From an uncultured bacterium (GTDB lineage Bacteria; Krumholzibacteriota; Krumholzibacteriia; LZORAL124-64-63), in contig CAVSGO010000005.1 in the NCBI GenBank assembly GCA_963727525.1, positions 128,001-192,000 of the forward strand: a DNA stretch of 64,000 nucleotides. Reading direction: 5' to 3'. Shown here one piece after another: positions 19,376 through 30,380 of the stretch. Below the pieces are notes generated by a model. That model worked only from the letters and a program-made list of their open reading frames with translations, ran no database searches and had not been told where the DNA came from. The position numbers and the translations under genes were made by a program. Each line of letters starts with the position of its first letter. Positions within the stretch are counted from its first letter, which is position 1.

Positions 19376-21153
19376 ACGAGGGCCATGCGTCCGACCACGC
19401 GCGCCTCGCCGGCGCTGACGACGGCGAGATACACGCCCGCGGGCACGAGCCGCCCGTCGTCGTCGCGGCCATCCCACAGCACCGTGTGAGCCCCGGCGGC
19501 CTGAGAAGCGTCCACCAGCGTCCGCACGTGGCGGCCGGCCACATCGACCACGGCCACGCGCGTATGCGCGGCGGTGGACAGCGTGTAGCGCAACGTGGTC
19601 GCGGGGTTGAACGGGTTGGGCATGTTCGGGGCCAGCGCGAGTGTCGGCGGGCGGGGCGTGTCGTCGACGCCGGTGATGCCGCAGCCCACGGGGCCGGCTC
19701 CGATGAGGTCGCATCCCTGGCTACCCGCCGGTGCGCAGGGCGACGCGAGCGCGATACCCACGTCGCCTCCGGCGAGATCGCAGAAGAGGGGATCGAGTGA
19801 GAGATTGCCGCCGACACCTGCCTGGTCGGCGATCGCGGCGACCCAGTCGCCGCCCGCATTGCCGAAGACGTCGCAGCACGAGAGCGTCGCCGCCGTCGCC
19901 GTCGGAGCGACCACGGCGGATCCCAGCACGGAGGCGGCGATGATGGTGCGCGTGAGCGTGGCCGTGCCATCCGCCCCCAGGTGCAGCCCGGCCGCGCCGT
20001 TCGCGGAATTTGCCGCGAGGGTGCAGCCGCTCAGATCGAGCGTGCAGGCGCGCCCGTACAATGCCCCGCCCCCGTTGCCGGAGGTGTTCGCCAGGAAGAT
20101 GCAGTCGGCGAGGGAGGCGTTGATGCCGCCGAGGAAGATCCCGCCGCCCGTGTCGGGTGCGGTGTTGTCCGCGAAGCGGCAGGCCGTGAATCGCAGGTCC
20201 GACACCCACCCGACGATGGCGCCGCCGCCCCAGGTCGTGGCAGTGTTCGCGGTGAATTCGCAGTTCTCGAACGCACAGTCGGAGCCCCGCGTCACCTCCA
20301 TGGCGCCGCCGGCCTTCGCCGTGTTGTCGTGCATGACGCAGTCGACCAGACGCGCACGCGACGCCTCGAGATAGATCGCGCCGCCGAAGTCTGCCGTGTT
20401 CTGCTCGAAATAGCATCGCGTGACCACGGACGAATCCAGATCGACGGAATAGAAACCGCCGGCGCCGGCACCCGTGGCGTTGCCGATGAAGGTGCAGTCG
20501 TTCACGAAGATCTGGCCCATGGTCGTGAACAACCCGCCGGCATCGCCGGGCAGCGAGTCGGAGAACGCCGTGTTGGTCGTGAACGTACAGTCGGAAACGG
20601 TGCCGCTGCTCTCGCGGCACCAGAGGCCGCCGCCCCCGGCCCAGTACGGATCGGTGGCGACGTTGTCGGTGAACGTGCTGCCCGTGACGGTGATCGCGCT
20701 CTGGTAGACGCCCACGGCGCCACCGATCGTGCAGGTGTTCTCGGTGAAGGCGCAATCGGCAATGGTGAGGGTGGAGTTGCGGGCGCGGACGGCGCCGCCC
20801 ATGTTCTCCCACCACGAGATGTTCACGATGCCCTGCGTGAAGGTGATGCCTGTCACGCTCACGTCGACGCAATCGACGACGTCGAGGACGCGGCCATTTT
20901 GCTGCGCGTCGACGGTGACACAGGCGGGATCGCCGCTCTCGCTGCGCAGGCTCACGCCTGATTTCATCACGAGTCCCGACTCCGTATACAGGCCGCACGC
21001 GACCACGACCTCGTCGCCTGCCTGGGCCGAATCGATGGCGGCCGCGATCGTCGGCGCCTCGCCGGGCACCTGCCAGGAGCGTGCCTCCGCAAGGCCCCCC
21101 ATGGCGAGAACGCCGGCCAGGACCACGGCGGATCCGACGGTCAGCATGCGCAT
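19369..21153 (-). CDS. Secreted right-handed beta-helix (Pmp-like GGA/FxxN repeats) protein with a FlgD-Ig CTD
   Basis: Repeated GGA(I/V) and FxxNTA; LSLDPLFCD; PNPFNP...MALVK; AGGAG RBS. Confidence 0.9.
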   Translation of the reverse strand: MRMLTVGSAVVLAGVLAMGGLAEARSWQVPGEAPTIAAAIDSAQAGDEVVVACGLYTESGLVMKSGVSLRSESGDPACVTVDAQQNGRVLDVVDCVDVSVTGITFTQGIVNISWWENMGGAVRARNSTLTIADCAFTENTCTIGGAVGVYQSAITVTGSTFTDNVATDPYWAGGGGLWCRESSGTVSDCTFTTNTAFSDSLPGDAGGLFTTMGQIFVNDCTFIGNATGAGAGGFYSVDLDSSVVTRCYFEQNTADFGGAIYLEASRARLVDCVMHDNTAKAGGAMEVTRGSDCAFENCEFTANTATTWGGGAIVGWVSDLRFTACRFADNTAPDTGGGIFLGGINASLADCIFLANTSGNGGGALYGRACTLDLSGCTLAANSANGAAGLHLGADGTATLTRTIIAASVLGSAVVAPTATAATLSCCDVFGNAGGDWVAAIADQAGVGGNLSLDPLFCDLAGGDVGIALASPCAPAGSQGCDLIGAGPVGCGITGVDDTPRPPTLALAPNMPNPFNPATTLRYTLSTAAHTRVAVVDVAGRHVRTLVDASQAAGAHTVLWDGRDDDGRLVPAGVYLAVVSAGEARVVGRMALVK

Positions 21154-21278
21154 ACGATGTTCTCCTGGTCCGGGGCCCTCCGCCCGGAGCCCCGCTCCGG
21201 TACGCCAGATCCCCTCCATCATACCACAGATATTAATTTGACGAAAGATAAGAGTTTTTACATATCGAACATAAGCTT

Positions 21279-22574
21279 TCAACGCCGCCACACCAGACGC
21301 AGGCTGCCGTAACCCAGTGTCGTATTATCGTCTTGCTCGGTATGGCGCTCCGGCTGGTAGCTTGCGGTGGCCTCGATCGACAATCGGGAGGACAACGTCC
21401 ATGCGGCCATGAGCCACAGCTCGTAGTACGTGAGGTCGGAGTAGTCGATCAGGAAATCGGCCTCATCGGTGCCCACGGCGTGACGATACCAGCGCCGGCC
21501 CACCTCCGCCGTGAGCGAGCCGCTCAAGGCATTCCCGTTCATGTCCAGACCGCCCCGCAACCCGGCTTGATCATAGGTTTCTGGGTTGTCGCCCGCGGCG
21601 AGCCGTTCGCCGGTGACGCCGGCTTGCCATGTCGTGCCAAGGATGTCGCCCCAGCGGTATCCCAGGACGGTCTCGAGGCGCCAGGAATCGAAGTACGCCC
21701 CCTCCTCGCGATCGTAGTGCCAGAGCTCGCTGCCGACACTGCACACCGCCTGTCCGGGACCGGCCGACAGCGCCAGATCCACCTGCGACCAGTGCAGCCA
21801 GGCCGACGGTTTCACGGTGTCGTCGGCGATGCGACGGCGTTCGCTGCGATGGAACACGGTGAGATCGCCGAAGTCGCCGAGCCGGGTGCCGTCGAGTTCG
21901 ACGCCCAGCACGCGGCGGTCGATCTGCGCGGTATCCGGGTAGACACGGTGGCTCGCGCGCACGCCCAGGCTCAAGGTGCCGTCCGCATCGCCGCGCGTGC
22001 TCACGTAGGCGCCGCCGGTCTGCTCGTGGTAGCTCTGTTCCAGCGATGACGGCGTCGCGTACCCGAACCAGCTCTCCCGACCACGGACATCGACCGCGAG
22101 GCGCCGGCTCCGCCAGGGCGACAGCCGCAACTCGGCGCGGCCTTCCTGAGTGTCGCTCGTGAGACTGTAGTTACTGCCGGGACGGTACTGCCGCGCGAGC
22201 CAGTCGAGATCGGCGCGCAACAGTACGTCGCGCACGCGCATGTCGTGGCGTTCCGGCGCGAAGCGATACGATGCGCCCAGCGACTCGCGCCAGAGCTCGC
22301 TACCGCCCGACACCGCAGCCCGCAGCGACCAGCGGTGTGCCACATCGCGCGCCGAACGCCCATCCACGCCGATCGCCGCGTTGACCTCGGCGACGGTCTC
22401 CGTGGTGTCGGTGTCGGCGAGGTAGTAGGAGTTGAGATAGGCGTCGTAGCCGGTACTCGCCTGCGGGCGCCACTCCGCGGCCCGCGCAAGGCCCGTCTGA
22501 AGGGCAAGCCAGAGGGCGGCGCCTCCCCAGACCGCCGCCAGTATCGCGCCCCGTCGCCCGTTTGCCGTGCTCAC
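21279..22574 (-). CDS. Putative outer-membrane beta-barrel protein
   Basis: Signal peptide; alternating amphipathic strands rich in Y/W; ends YGSLRLVWRR; GTGA overlap with the upstream gene. Confidence 0.7.
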   Translation of the reverse strand: MSTANGRRGAILAAVWGGAALWLALQTGLARAAEWRPQASTGYDAYLNSYYLADTDTTETVAEVNAAIGVDGRSARDVAHRWSLRAAVSGGSELWRESLGASYRFAPERHDMRVRDVLLRADLDWLARQYRPGSNYSLTSDTQEGRAELRLSPWRSRRLAVDVRGRESWFGYATPSSLEQSYHEQTGGAYVSTRGDADGTLSLGVRASHRVYPDTAQIDRRVLGVELDGTRLGDFGDLTVFHRSERRRIADDTVKPSAWLHWSQVDLALSAGPGQAVCSVGSELWHYDREEGAYFDSWRLETVLGYRWGDILGTTWQAGVTGERLAAGDNPETYDQAGLRGGLDMNGNALSGSLTAEVGRRWYRHAVGTDEADFLIDYSDLTYYELWLMAAWTLSSRLSIEATASYQPERHTEQDDNTTLGYGSLRLVWRR

Positions 22575-23638
22575 CTGGTCAGATCATCCGCCTCGTTGAG
22601 AAGATCGAACGCCGCCCGGATCTGCCGCAGGGCCGCCTCGAGGTCGCCTTGCTCGAGGAGGCGGCTCGCATGCTCGCGATGATCGCGCGCCCTGGCCATC
22701 GCCTGAGCCGCCGCATCGGAACCGCCGTCGCGCACACGTTCGGACACGTCGCCCTGCTGCTCATCCCACCGTTCGACCAGCGCCACGACCGACTCGCGGC
22801 TGATGTCTTCGCTGGCTGTGGCAGCCGCCTGGGTCGTGAGGCGCCGCGCCAGGCGCAACGATTGCAGCGTGCGCAGGGGCTGACCGCGATCGCGAAACTC
22901 GTGAGCCTGGCCCAGCGCCTCGCGGGCGCTCTCGAGCAGATCGTCGCCCGCGGCGCCACTCCCGCCATCGGCGAGGCGCTCGGCAGTGCGATCGATGAGC
23001 ATCTGCGTACGCTCGATCTCGCTGTCGAGGCGAGCCGCGCCATTGCCTTCGAAGAGGAGACGCGCGGCGCGCCCCAGCAGGTCCTCCGCCGGCTTCAGCA
23101 AATTGAGCGCCAGCCCGAAGTTGCGCTGCTGGTACTGCTCCTGGGCCCGCTCGGCCTGCTTCTCCGACTCGCGCACGAAACGAAGCGCACGCTCGTCGTT
23201 CGCATCGCGCACGCGGTCGCGCACCTGATCGCGAAACTCCTGGTAGCGCTCGAGACGCAGCCGCGCCAGTTCCTCGGAGCCGCGCGACACGCGGGCGAGT
23301 TGCGCCGCACGTTGCGCCGCCGACCGGGCTCGTCGGGACGCCGCGAGAGCCAGCCGCAGGCGATTATCATGGAGCAGGTCCAGGGACCGGGCGTGCAGGT
23401 CGCGCGCCTGGTCGAGCACGTGGCGCGCCTGCTGGCTATCGGTATCGTGCACCAGCTCGATCGCCCAGTCGATCAGCTCGCCGGTACGGTCGATGAACGC
23501 CTGCACCTCGTCGAGCCCCGGCGCGGCCGCGCGGGCCGCGCCGCTCAGGCCCGGAACGAGCAGGAGCAGGAGCAAGACGCAGGAAGCCCGGCGAAGCACG
23601 GTGACCTGGCGTCGGGATGTCCGTTTGGTGATGTCCAT
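22571..23638 (-). CDS. Secreted alpha-helical repeat protein (about 4 repeats)
   Basis: Signal peptide; four similar helical units; GGAAGG RBS before ATG 23638. Confidence 0.78.
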   Translation of the reverse strand: MDITKRTSRRQVTVLRRASCVLLLLLLVPGLSGAARAAAPGLDEVQAFIDRTGELIDWAIELVHDTDSQQARHVLDQARDLHARSLDLLHDNRLRLALAASRRARSAAQRAAQLARVSRGSEELARLRLERYQEFRDQVRDRVRDANDERALRFVRESEKQAERAQEQYQQRNFGLALNLLKPAEDLLGRAARLLFEGNGAARLDSEIERTQMLIDRTAERLADGGSGAAGDDLLESAREALGQAHEFRDRGQPLRTLQSLRLARRLTTQAAATASEDISRESVVALVERWDEQQGDVSERVRDGGSDAAAQAMARARDHREHASRLLEQGDLEAALRQIRAAFDLLNEADDLTR

Positions 23639-23675
23639 GGCGACCTTCCCCTGTCCTGCGAACCCGACGTGGGGG

Positions 23676-23691
23676 TGCAGACGACGTGCCA
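23676..23691 (-). promoter_or_regulatory. Sigma54 -24/-12 promoter
   Basis: Minus strand TGGCACG-TCGT-CTGCA, a near-consensus match about 40 bp before ATG 23638. Confidence 0.8.
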
Positions 23692-23817
23692 CGTCACCTC
23701 GACCAACACAAGACACACCACCAAAACGACTTATGATCGCCGCCGCGCGCATCGCGCACCATCTGCCCCCGCCCCGTTGACCCGGCCTGTTCACCGGCGT
23801 CCCTGGAGGGACACTCG

Positions 23818-25173
23818 CTAGTCGTCGCCACCGTGCAGGAACTCGTCCTCCATGTCCAGCAGCTTGAGGCGGGAATAGAGCGTGCGCCGGGTGATGCCCA
23901 GCATCTTGCCCGCCAGCGTCTTGTTGCCGCCGGCTCGCGCGATGGCCGCCCGGATGAGGCGACGTTCGTTGTGCTCCAGGTTCAGATCGCCAGTCACCAC
24001 ATCCTCGTCGCGGCGGCCGGCGGGCGCATCGAGGCGCACGTGCTCGTCGGCCACGGGCGCGGCACCAGCCAGAATGTGCGCGCGCTCCATGAGATTGCGC
24101 AGCTCGCGCACGTTACCGGGCCAGGCGTGAGCGCGCAGGCGCTGCAACGTGGAGGCGGGCAGCCGCGTGTCGCGCCGGCCGAGGCGGGCCAGGAAGTGTT
24201 GCGCGAGCATGGCGATGTCGTCGGCGCGGTCGCGCAGGAGCGGTACATCCACGGGAAACACGAGCAGGCGATAGTAGAGGTCCTGCCGGAAAGCGCCGGC
24301 GGCGATCGCGTCCTCGAGCGGACGGTTGGTGGCCGCGCACACCCGCACGTCCACCTCACGCTCGCGGGGGTCGCCCACGCGGTTCAGGCGCCGCTCCTCG
24401 AGCACGCGCAGCAGCTTGGCCTGCACGGCCAGCCCAGCCTCGCCGATCTCGTCGAGGAAGAGCGTGCCGCCGCGGGCCGCCTCGAAGAGTCCCTCGCGAT
24501 CGCTGTCCGCCCCGGTGAAGGCCCCCTTGCGATAGCCGAAAAGCTCGCTCTCGAGCAGGGTCTCGGTGATCGCCGCGCAGTTCACCGCCACGAAGGGGCC
24601 GGCAGCCCGCGGGCTGCCGGCATGGATGGCGCGGGCCACGAGTTCCTTGCCCGTTCCGCTCTCGCCGCGGATGAGCACCGTGGCCTCGCTGGGCGCGACC
24701 TTGGCGATGAGGTCGCGCAACTCGCGCGTGGCCGGCGCCTCGCCGATGAGCCCCTGGTCGCCACCGAGATGGCGCACCGTCTCGCGCAGCGCCCGGTTCT
24801 CGCGGGTCAGGTCCGCATCGGCCAGCGCCTTGTCCACCACCAGCGCCACCTCGTCGAAGTTGATGGGTTTGGTGAGATAGTGGTAGGCCCCCAGGCGCAT
24901 GGCCTCGACGGCCGTGGCCATGTCGCCATAGGCCGTGAGCACGATGACCGCGGTCGTGGGCGACGCCTCCTTCACGCCGGCGATCACCGCCATGCCGTCC
25001 ACCGGCTCCATGCGAAGGTCGGTGAGCACCACGTCGAAGGCCTCGCGCGCGGCGAAATCGAGGGCTTCCTGGCCGCGGCTCGTACCGGTGACCGTGTGGC
25101 CACGGTACTCGAGGGCCGAGCGCAGCAGTGTCACCAGCCTCACCTCATCGTCGACTAGCAGGATCTTGGCCAC
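23818..25173 (-). CDS. Sigma54-dependent response regulator (NtrC/AtoC/ZraR family)
   Basis: ILLVDD receiver, [24 protein letters not shown], Fis-type HTH. Confidence 0.96.
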   Translation of the reverse strand: MAKILLVDDEVRLVTLLRSALEYRGHTVTGTSRGQEALDFAAREAFDVVLTDLRMEPVDGMAVIAGVKEASPTTAVIVLTAYGDMATAVEAMRLGAYHYLTKPINFDEVALVVDKALADADLTRENRALRETVRHLGGDQGLIGEAPATRELRDLIAKVAPSEATVLIRGESGTGKELVARAIHAGSPRAAGPFVAVNCAAITETLLESELFGYRKGAFTGADSDREGLFEAARGGTLFLDEIGEAGLAVQAKLLRVLEERRLNRVGDPREREVDVRVCAATNRPLEDAIAAGAFRQDLYYRLLVFPVDVPLLRDRADDIAMLAQHFLARLGRRDTRLPASTLQRLRAHAWPGNVRELRNLMERAHILAGAAPVADEHVRLDAPAGRRDEDVVTGDLNLEHNERRLIRAAIARAGGNKTLAGKMLGITRRTLYSRLKLLDMEDEFLHGGDD

Positions 25174-25176
25174 GGC

Positions 25177-26508
25177 TCAGGCTCCCTCGGGTGGGGGTTC
25201 GCTCGGCAACCACAGCGTGGCGACGGCGCCGGGCGGGTCGGGACGGTCGGCGAGATCGAGATCGCCCGCCGCCTCGCGCATCAGGCGCCGCGAGACGGCC
25301 AGGCCCAGTCCGCCGCCCTTCTCCTTCGACGTCCAGAACGGTTCGAACGCGTGCGACAGCGCCAGGGGCGCCATGCCGGTGCCGCGGTCGCTCACCGTGG
25401 CGATATGACGGCCGCGCTCGCTGCTCACGGCTACGGAGACCTCGCCGCCGTCGGGCATGGCGTCGCGCGCATTGAGCAGCAGATTCAGCAGCACCTGCTG
25501 TAGCCGGCGCGGATCGACACGCACCCAGGCAACGGGAAGCGAACCGAGCGCCACCGTGACGCCCGTGACCTCGAGATCGCTCGCGACCAGGCGCACCGTG
25601 CGATGTACCACGGCGCTCAGGTCCACTGTTTCCGCGACGCCGGCCGCATCGCTGCCGAAGGCGAGGTAGCCGGTGAGGATGCGATCGAGCCGGTCCACCT
25701 CCTCGGGGATGAACGTCACGGCCTCGTCGGCGATGCCGTGCTGTTCCAGCACGCGAGCGAGGTGCTGACCCGTGCCGCGGATGATGCCCAGCGGGTTGCG
25801 GATCTCGTGCGCGATGCCCGCGGTCATGCGCCCCATGGCGGCGAGACTCTCCTGTTGCAGCAGACTGGCGCGGTAGCGCGCGAGCGAGCGGTTCACGCGC
25901 AGCAGCAGCAGGCTGAGCAGGGTGAGAAACGCCACGACGGTGATGATGGTCACGAGGGCGCCGTGCCGCAGCGTGGCGAGCGAGTCGAAGAAATCGACGT
26001 TGCCCTCCACCGTGAGCACACCCGCAACGTCTCCTCGCGAGTCGAAGACCGGAGCATGGGCCGACTTCTGGTACACCGCGCCAATACGATAGAGCTTGGA
26101 CACCGCCGGAAAGCCCTCGCGCGCCTGGTCGACGGCCGGCCGGTCGAGGTCCCAGAACACGTCGCGATCGCCCCGCGCCAGCCGGCCCGAGGCCGAGATG
26201 AGCACGTAGGCGTCGGGATCGCAGAGCGAGAGCTCGGCGAGATCGTTGTCCCGCTGGATCTGCTCGAGCCGCGAGGCCAGCCAGAGGAAATCCACTGAGG
26301 GCTCAGGATCGAAGGCCCAGGCCAGCAGGCTATCGCCCTCCACCAGGTACACGGCAGTGCTCGCCACCGCCGACAGCCGTTGCCCGAGCGCCTCGTCGAG
26401 CCGCTCGCGCGAGTCCCGGTAGAGCAGCGTGAGGCCGCCCGCCACGACGGCCAGGATGCCGATGTACACGGCCGACCCCAGCACCACCCAGCGACGGTGT
26501 CCGCTCAT
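25177..26508 (-). CDS. Membrane sensor histidine kinase
   Basis: Two TM helices; H-box AHEIRNPL; N-box NLLLNARDA; DRGTG; GGGLGL. Confidence 0.94.
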   Translation of the reverse strand: MSGHRRWVVLGSAVYIGILAVVAGGLTLLYRDSRERLDEALGQRLSAVASTAVYLVEGDSLLAWAFDPEPSVDFLWLASRLEQIQRDNDLAELSLCDPDAYVLISASGRLARGDRDVFWDLDRPAVDQAREGFPAVSKLYRIGAVYQKSAHAPVFDSRGDVAGVLTVEGNVDFFDSLATLRHGALVTIITVVAFLTLLSLLLLRVNRSLARYRASLLQQESLAAMGRMTAGIAHEIRNPLGIIRGTGQHLARVLEQHGIADEAVTFIPEEVDRLDRILTGYLAFGSDAAGVAETVDLSAVVHRTVRLVASDLEVTGVTVALGSLPVAWVRVDPRRLQQVLLNLLLNARDAMPDGGEVSVAVSSERGRHIATVSDRGTGMAPLALSHAFEPFWTSKEKGGGLGLAVSRRLMREAAGDLDLADRPDPPGAVATLWLPSEPPPEGA

Positions 26509-26628
26509 GTCACGCTCTCGCAACTGCAAGCCCGCATGCCGCTCCTCGACCCGGATGATCGGACCGGCGCCATGATAGGGCATGGCCCCGGACCTGGCGA
26601 CCACGATGGCGACGCCGCGTGATGTCGC

Positions 26629-28440
26629 TCACGGCTGAGCGCCATCGAGCCGTAGCGTGAAGACCGCGATCGCGAAGTACCCATCGCGCGCGGCCCGCAC
26701 CTCCTCTCGCCGTTCCACGACGACGCCGAGCCGTTGCGCCGACTCCGGCAGGCGGGTATCCCGGCCCTGCATCGCGTACACCAGACGGGTGTCGCCGGCG
26801 CGTCGAGCACGCGCCACGAGCTCGGCCAGGTTGTTCGGCGTGTTCACGAGGTGGACCGTGCGCCCGGTGAGGACGGTCGCCGCGTTGAAGAGCATCCACC
26901 ACTGGTCCATGGCGACGCGCGGGGCCCCGCTCGCGAGCATGGCGACCTCGGCTTCGTGGTTGAAGCACTTCTTCTGCCGCATGATGTCGTAACCCCGAAC
27001 GTTCACGGCAACGGCAACGACGAGCAGCGCCACGGCCACGATCCAGGGGATCCGGCTGCGGACCCATCCCGCCAGCCCGGCCACCGCCGCAACGGCCGCG
27101 ATGGCAAGCACAGGCACGACGGTCAGGAGGTAGCGCGGACCCCAGCGAATACCGCCGTCGTTGGGCGCGAGCAGTGGCATCGCGACGGCGAAGGCGAGCG
27201 CCGCCACCAGGAGCCAGGCCAGGTCCCGCCGGCCCGCCGACACATGACACCCCGGCCAGACGAGCGCCAGCACCAGCCAAGGCGCAAAGGTGAGCAGTCC
27301 ACCGGAGGCCAGCACCGTCAGCAGTGGCGACTCGTCGCGGCGCATGGCGACCAGGTACGTCACCGTGACGGCACCGAGCACCAACGCGCCCGCGAGCGGC
27401 ACGAGGCGCAACCAGCGCCGCCATTCTGACAGCCGCCGGGCCACCAGCGCGATCAGCACGCACCCGACCACCACCAGCGCCACACCGAGGCCTGCCAGGG
27501 TCTCGCGTCCCGTGTCCTCCGCGATCAGCCGCATGACTTCAGGGCCACTGACACGGTCAGCCGGCACGGTCTGCGGAAGATTGAGCCCGAACCACGCCCG
27601 CCGCAGCCACGAGAGCCGGGTGGTGATGGGATCGTCGCCGGCCCGTGGCCCCGCCACGCTGAGATTCAGCCCCACGTGACGCAACCAGTCGCCGTAGACC
27701 GCGCGGTTGAAGAGAAGAAGTGCGACGAACGCGGCCGCGGCGCCAGTGCCCAGCAGCAGGACGTCGCGGGGACGCCGCAGCATCGCCAGACCGGTCGCGG
27801 CGAGGATGGCCGTCAGCAGCGCCACCTCGGTACGTAACCAGACCGCGAGCCCGAGGAGGAGGCCGGCCACGAGCGGCCGCCAGGCCCGTGTCGCACCGCC
27901 GAGGAAGAGCCACAGCGCCGCGAGCACCAGCGCCACCGCCGGCAAATGCTCCCAGAACGTCAATGCATAGAACCCGAGGGGCGTGGCGAGCATGGTGCCC
28001 ACCATGGCCACCGACGCCGCCGCCGGCGGCACGAAGAGCCGCGCCAGCCGGTACGTGGCCACGAGGCAGAATGCCGCGGCGAGGAGTGGCAGCAGCGAGA
28101 GCCCGGCCATGCCCGCAGACCGATAGCCGAACGTCGAGAGGAACGAGAAGGCCACGGGAAAGACCGCGTAATTCCGGCCGTCCTCGATGTACAGCGACGG
28201 CTCGAGGCGGAACGGCGAGATCCGCGAGTCGGGATCCACGTCTAGCCCCCGGTAGGGCAGCGTGACATCATGGTAGCCGCTGGCGATCAACGACTCCGTC
28301 TGCAGCAGCTTGATACCGGCGTCGCCGGAGAAGAAGGCATCGTGAGGAAGGGGTCCCCAGAGGCCGAGCAGCACCGCCATGGTCAGCAGACCGGCGACGA
28401 GGGGGCCGGCGGCCGCCCGGGAGTGATGGCTGCGTCCCAT
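26629..28440 (-). CDS. Polytopic GT-C/PMT-like glycosyltransferase
   Basis: More than 10 TM segments; FSGDAGIK, FWEH, WLRTE and WGPRYLL motifs. Confidence 0.7.
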   Translation of the reverse strand: MGRSHHSRAAAGPLVAGLLTMAVLLGLWGPLPHDAFFSGDAGIKLLQTESLIASGYHDVTLPYRGLDVDPDSRISPFRLEPSLYIEDGRNYAVFPVAFSFLSTFGYRSAGMAGLSLLPLLAAAFCLVATYRLARLFVPPAAASVAMVGTMLATPLGFYALTFWEHLPAVALVLAALWLFLGGATRAWRPLVAGLLLGLAVWLRTEVALLTAILAATGLAMLRRPRDVLLLGTGAAAAFVALLLFNRAVYGDWLRHVGLNLSVAGPRAGDDPITTRLSWLRRAWFGLNLPQTVPADRVSGPEVMRLIAEDTGRETLAGLGVALVVVGCVLIALVARRLSEWRRWLRLVPLAGALVLGAVTVTYLVAMRRDESPLLTVLASGGLLTFAPWLVLALVWPGCHVSAGRRDLAWLLVAALAFAVAMPLLAPNDGGIRWGPRYLLTVVPVLAIAAVAAVAGLAGWVRSRIPWIVAVALLVVAVAVNVRGYDIMRQKKCFNHEAEVAMLASGAPRVAMDQWWMLFNAATVLTGRTVHLVNTPNNLAELVARARRAGDTRLVYAMQGRDTRLPESAQRLGVVVERREEVRAARDGYFAIAVFTLRLDGAQP

Positions 28441-28481
28441 GGCCGCATTCTAACATGGGATCGCCGCGCACGCTCGGTCAG

Positions 28482-29432
28482 TTACGGCACCCGCACGAGA
28501 GTCGCCTGACCGGTCTCCACGGGAGGCAGACCGTCGGTGAATTGCAGGAACACCAGGCCCGAGAGGACCTCGCCCGGATGGCCGGGACCGGAGGTATCGA
28601 GCGTCACGTCGAGCGGGACGTTCACCGTGACCGGATCGGGGCGGCCGGGGACGAGCGGTCCGATGGTCTGCGCACCGGTCATCACCGTCGCGGGTAGCAG
28701 GGCGCCGCGAAATGCCACGTCGATCGTACGCGGAGAATCGGCTCCCTCCCAGATCACGTGGTCGCGCTGGTAGCCGAAGGAGACGGCTGCCGCGCCCGGC
28801 CGGAAGATGACGCCAGGGCCGCCGAATTCACCAGGTATGACACAGAATGGATCGCCGGGGTTACCCCCATCGGGGACGACGGCGGACGACGAGAGGCAGA
28901 GGGTGGCATCCTGCGTGATCTCCGTCCGTCCCTCGCCCGGTACGAGCTGGCCAATCGAGAACGTGGTCACCGTGATCTCGATCCCCGAGTCCAGCACGAT
29001 GCCACCCCTGAACTCACCCTGGGGATCCCTGCCGAGGAACTTGACCTCGAGATCGAGCCGATAGCGATTGCCGACGAGCTGATCAGGTTCGATGTCGACA
29101 ACGCCCGCGAGTCGGAGCTGCCGATCGCCGGCGTCGATCTCGATGTTGCGAAGGTCCCCCGCGCCCACGCTCGCGACCGGCTGGTCCTGCGCACCGAGCC
29201 GCAGAATGGTCACCTCCGCGCTGAGACGTCTGGGGTACGCGAGGATCGAATCCAGTTCCGCCTGTGCAAACTTGGACGAGTCGCGCGCGGGCAGGGGCGC
29301 CACGACGCTGATCGCGACGGTCGTCGACGGGTCGCCCACCGGTGCGTCGAGACTGCAGCCCGCGAGCAGCGCGACGGCACCGAGCAGGGTGATGACTGAG
29401 CCCGAATAATGACGGTGGCCGATGGCGTGCAT
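28482..29432 (-). CDS. Hypothetical beta-rich lipoprotein
   Basis: Lipobox LLAGC; last gene of a tightly packed operon. Confidence 0.7.
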   Translation of the reverse strand: MHAIGHRHYSGSVITLLGAVALLAGCSLDAPVGDPSTTVAISVVAPLPARDSSKFAQAELDSILAYPRRLSAEVTILRLGAQDQPVASVGAGDLRNIEIDAGDRQLRLAGVVDIEPDQLVGNRYRLDLEVKFLGRDPQGEFRGGIVLDSGIEITVTTFSIGQLVPGEGRTEITQDATLCLSSSAVVPDGGNPGDPFCVIPGEFGGPGVIFRPGAAAVSFGYQRDHVIWEGADSPRTIDVAFRGALLPATVMTGAQTIGPLVPGRPDPVTVNVPLDVTLDTSGPGHPGEVLSGLVFLQFTDGLPPVETGQATLVRVP

Positions 29433-29441
29433 GATTCCTCG

Positions 29442-30380
29442 CTATCGCCGGAACCGGAGGTAGAATGAACCGAAGGGACCGTCCTCGGTGACGCCGCCCT
29501 CGCAGACCAGGCTCACCGTCTGACCGAACTCGAATCCGCCGCAGGCCAGGGTGCGCGTGCTCCACACGTTGATGGTGTCGTCGACACGTGGCTGCTCGGG
29601 AGCATCCGCATCGAACACGATGATCGCATCGTAACGCGAGTTCAGATGGTGCCGCCCGATACCCGCGGCCAGGTAGGGCGCCACGAATCCGAGGTCCTTG
29701 CCGACCTCGAGAAGACCGAAGTACGTGGTCTCGTCGAAGTCGAGATCGACATGGTACGGCACCGACGAGGTGGCACCTTCGACCTCGCCAGCGACGCTGA
29801 ATCGTCTCTCCACCAGGTGGTTCACGCCCAGAGACAGCGAAACCTGCGGGACGTGGCGCCCTGCCAGGAGCCCCACGCGCACTCCCGCGCCGATCATGCG
29901 CTTGAGCTTCCCCAGGTCTACGCGGTTGGCGATGTTCGCCTGGTCGCCCACCGTGAGGCCGAGGCGCAGGAGCAGGTCGAGGCTGCCGAGCACCGTCGTG
30001 CGCCCACCGTGATCGCGATACAGCAATCCGACACTGGCATCGCCATACACGGCCCCGACGCCCGCATCGATCTGGTCGGCACCTGTGGGATCGGCGGCCC
30101 GGTAGTCGGGATTCGTCACCGTGAAGCCCGCGCCACGGCCGCCGAGGGCGAGCGAGAAGTGTCCGCGGCCATGGACATCCGTGGCCACCGCGCTCGAGGG
30201 TCCGATTCCGAGCATGAGTACGCCGATCCGCGGCGTGGCGTCGGTAATCATCTCGCGCGCGAGATCCTGGGCGCGCGCCACGTAGAGCGCCAGCTCCTCC
30301 GGCGATCCCTGCGCGCCGGCTCTCTGGACACCGAGGCCGAGGATGAACACGACGAGTGGCGCGAAACGGACCGACCTCAT
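29442..30380 (-). CDS. Putative outer-membrane beta-barrel protein
   Basis: Signal peptide; amphipathic strands; ends FGSFYLRFRR; 1-nt overlap with the upstream gene. Confidence 0.7.
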   Translation of the reverse strand: MRSVRFAPLVVFILGLGVQRAGAQGSPEELALYVARAQDLAREMITDATPRIGVLMLGIGPSSAVATDVHGRGHFSLALGGRGAGFTVTNPDYRAADPTGADQIDAGVGAVYGDASVGLLYRDHGGRTTVLGSLDLLLRLGLTVGDQANIANRVDLGKLKRMIGAGVRVGLLAGRHVPQVSLSLGVNHLVERRFSVAGEVEGATSSVPYHVDLDFDETTYFGLLEVGKDLGFVAPYLAAGIGRHHLNSRYDAIIVFDADAPEQPRVDDTINVWSTRTLACGGFEFGQTVSLVCEGGVTEDGPFGSFYLRFRR

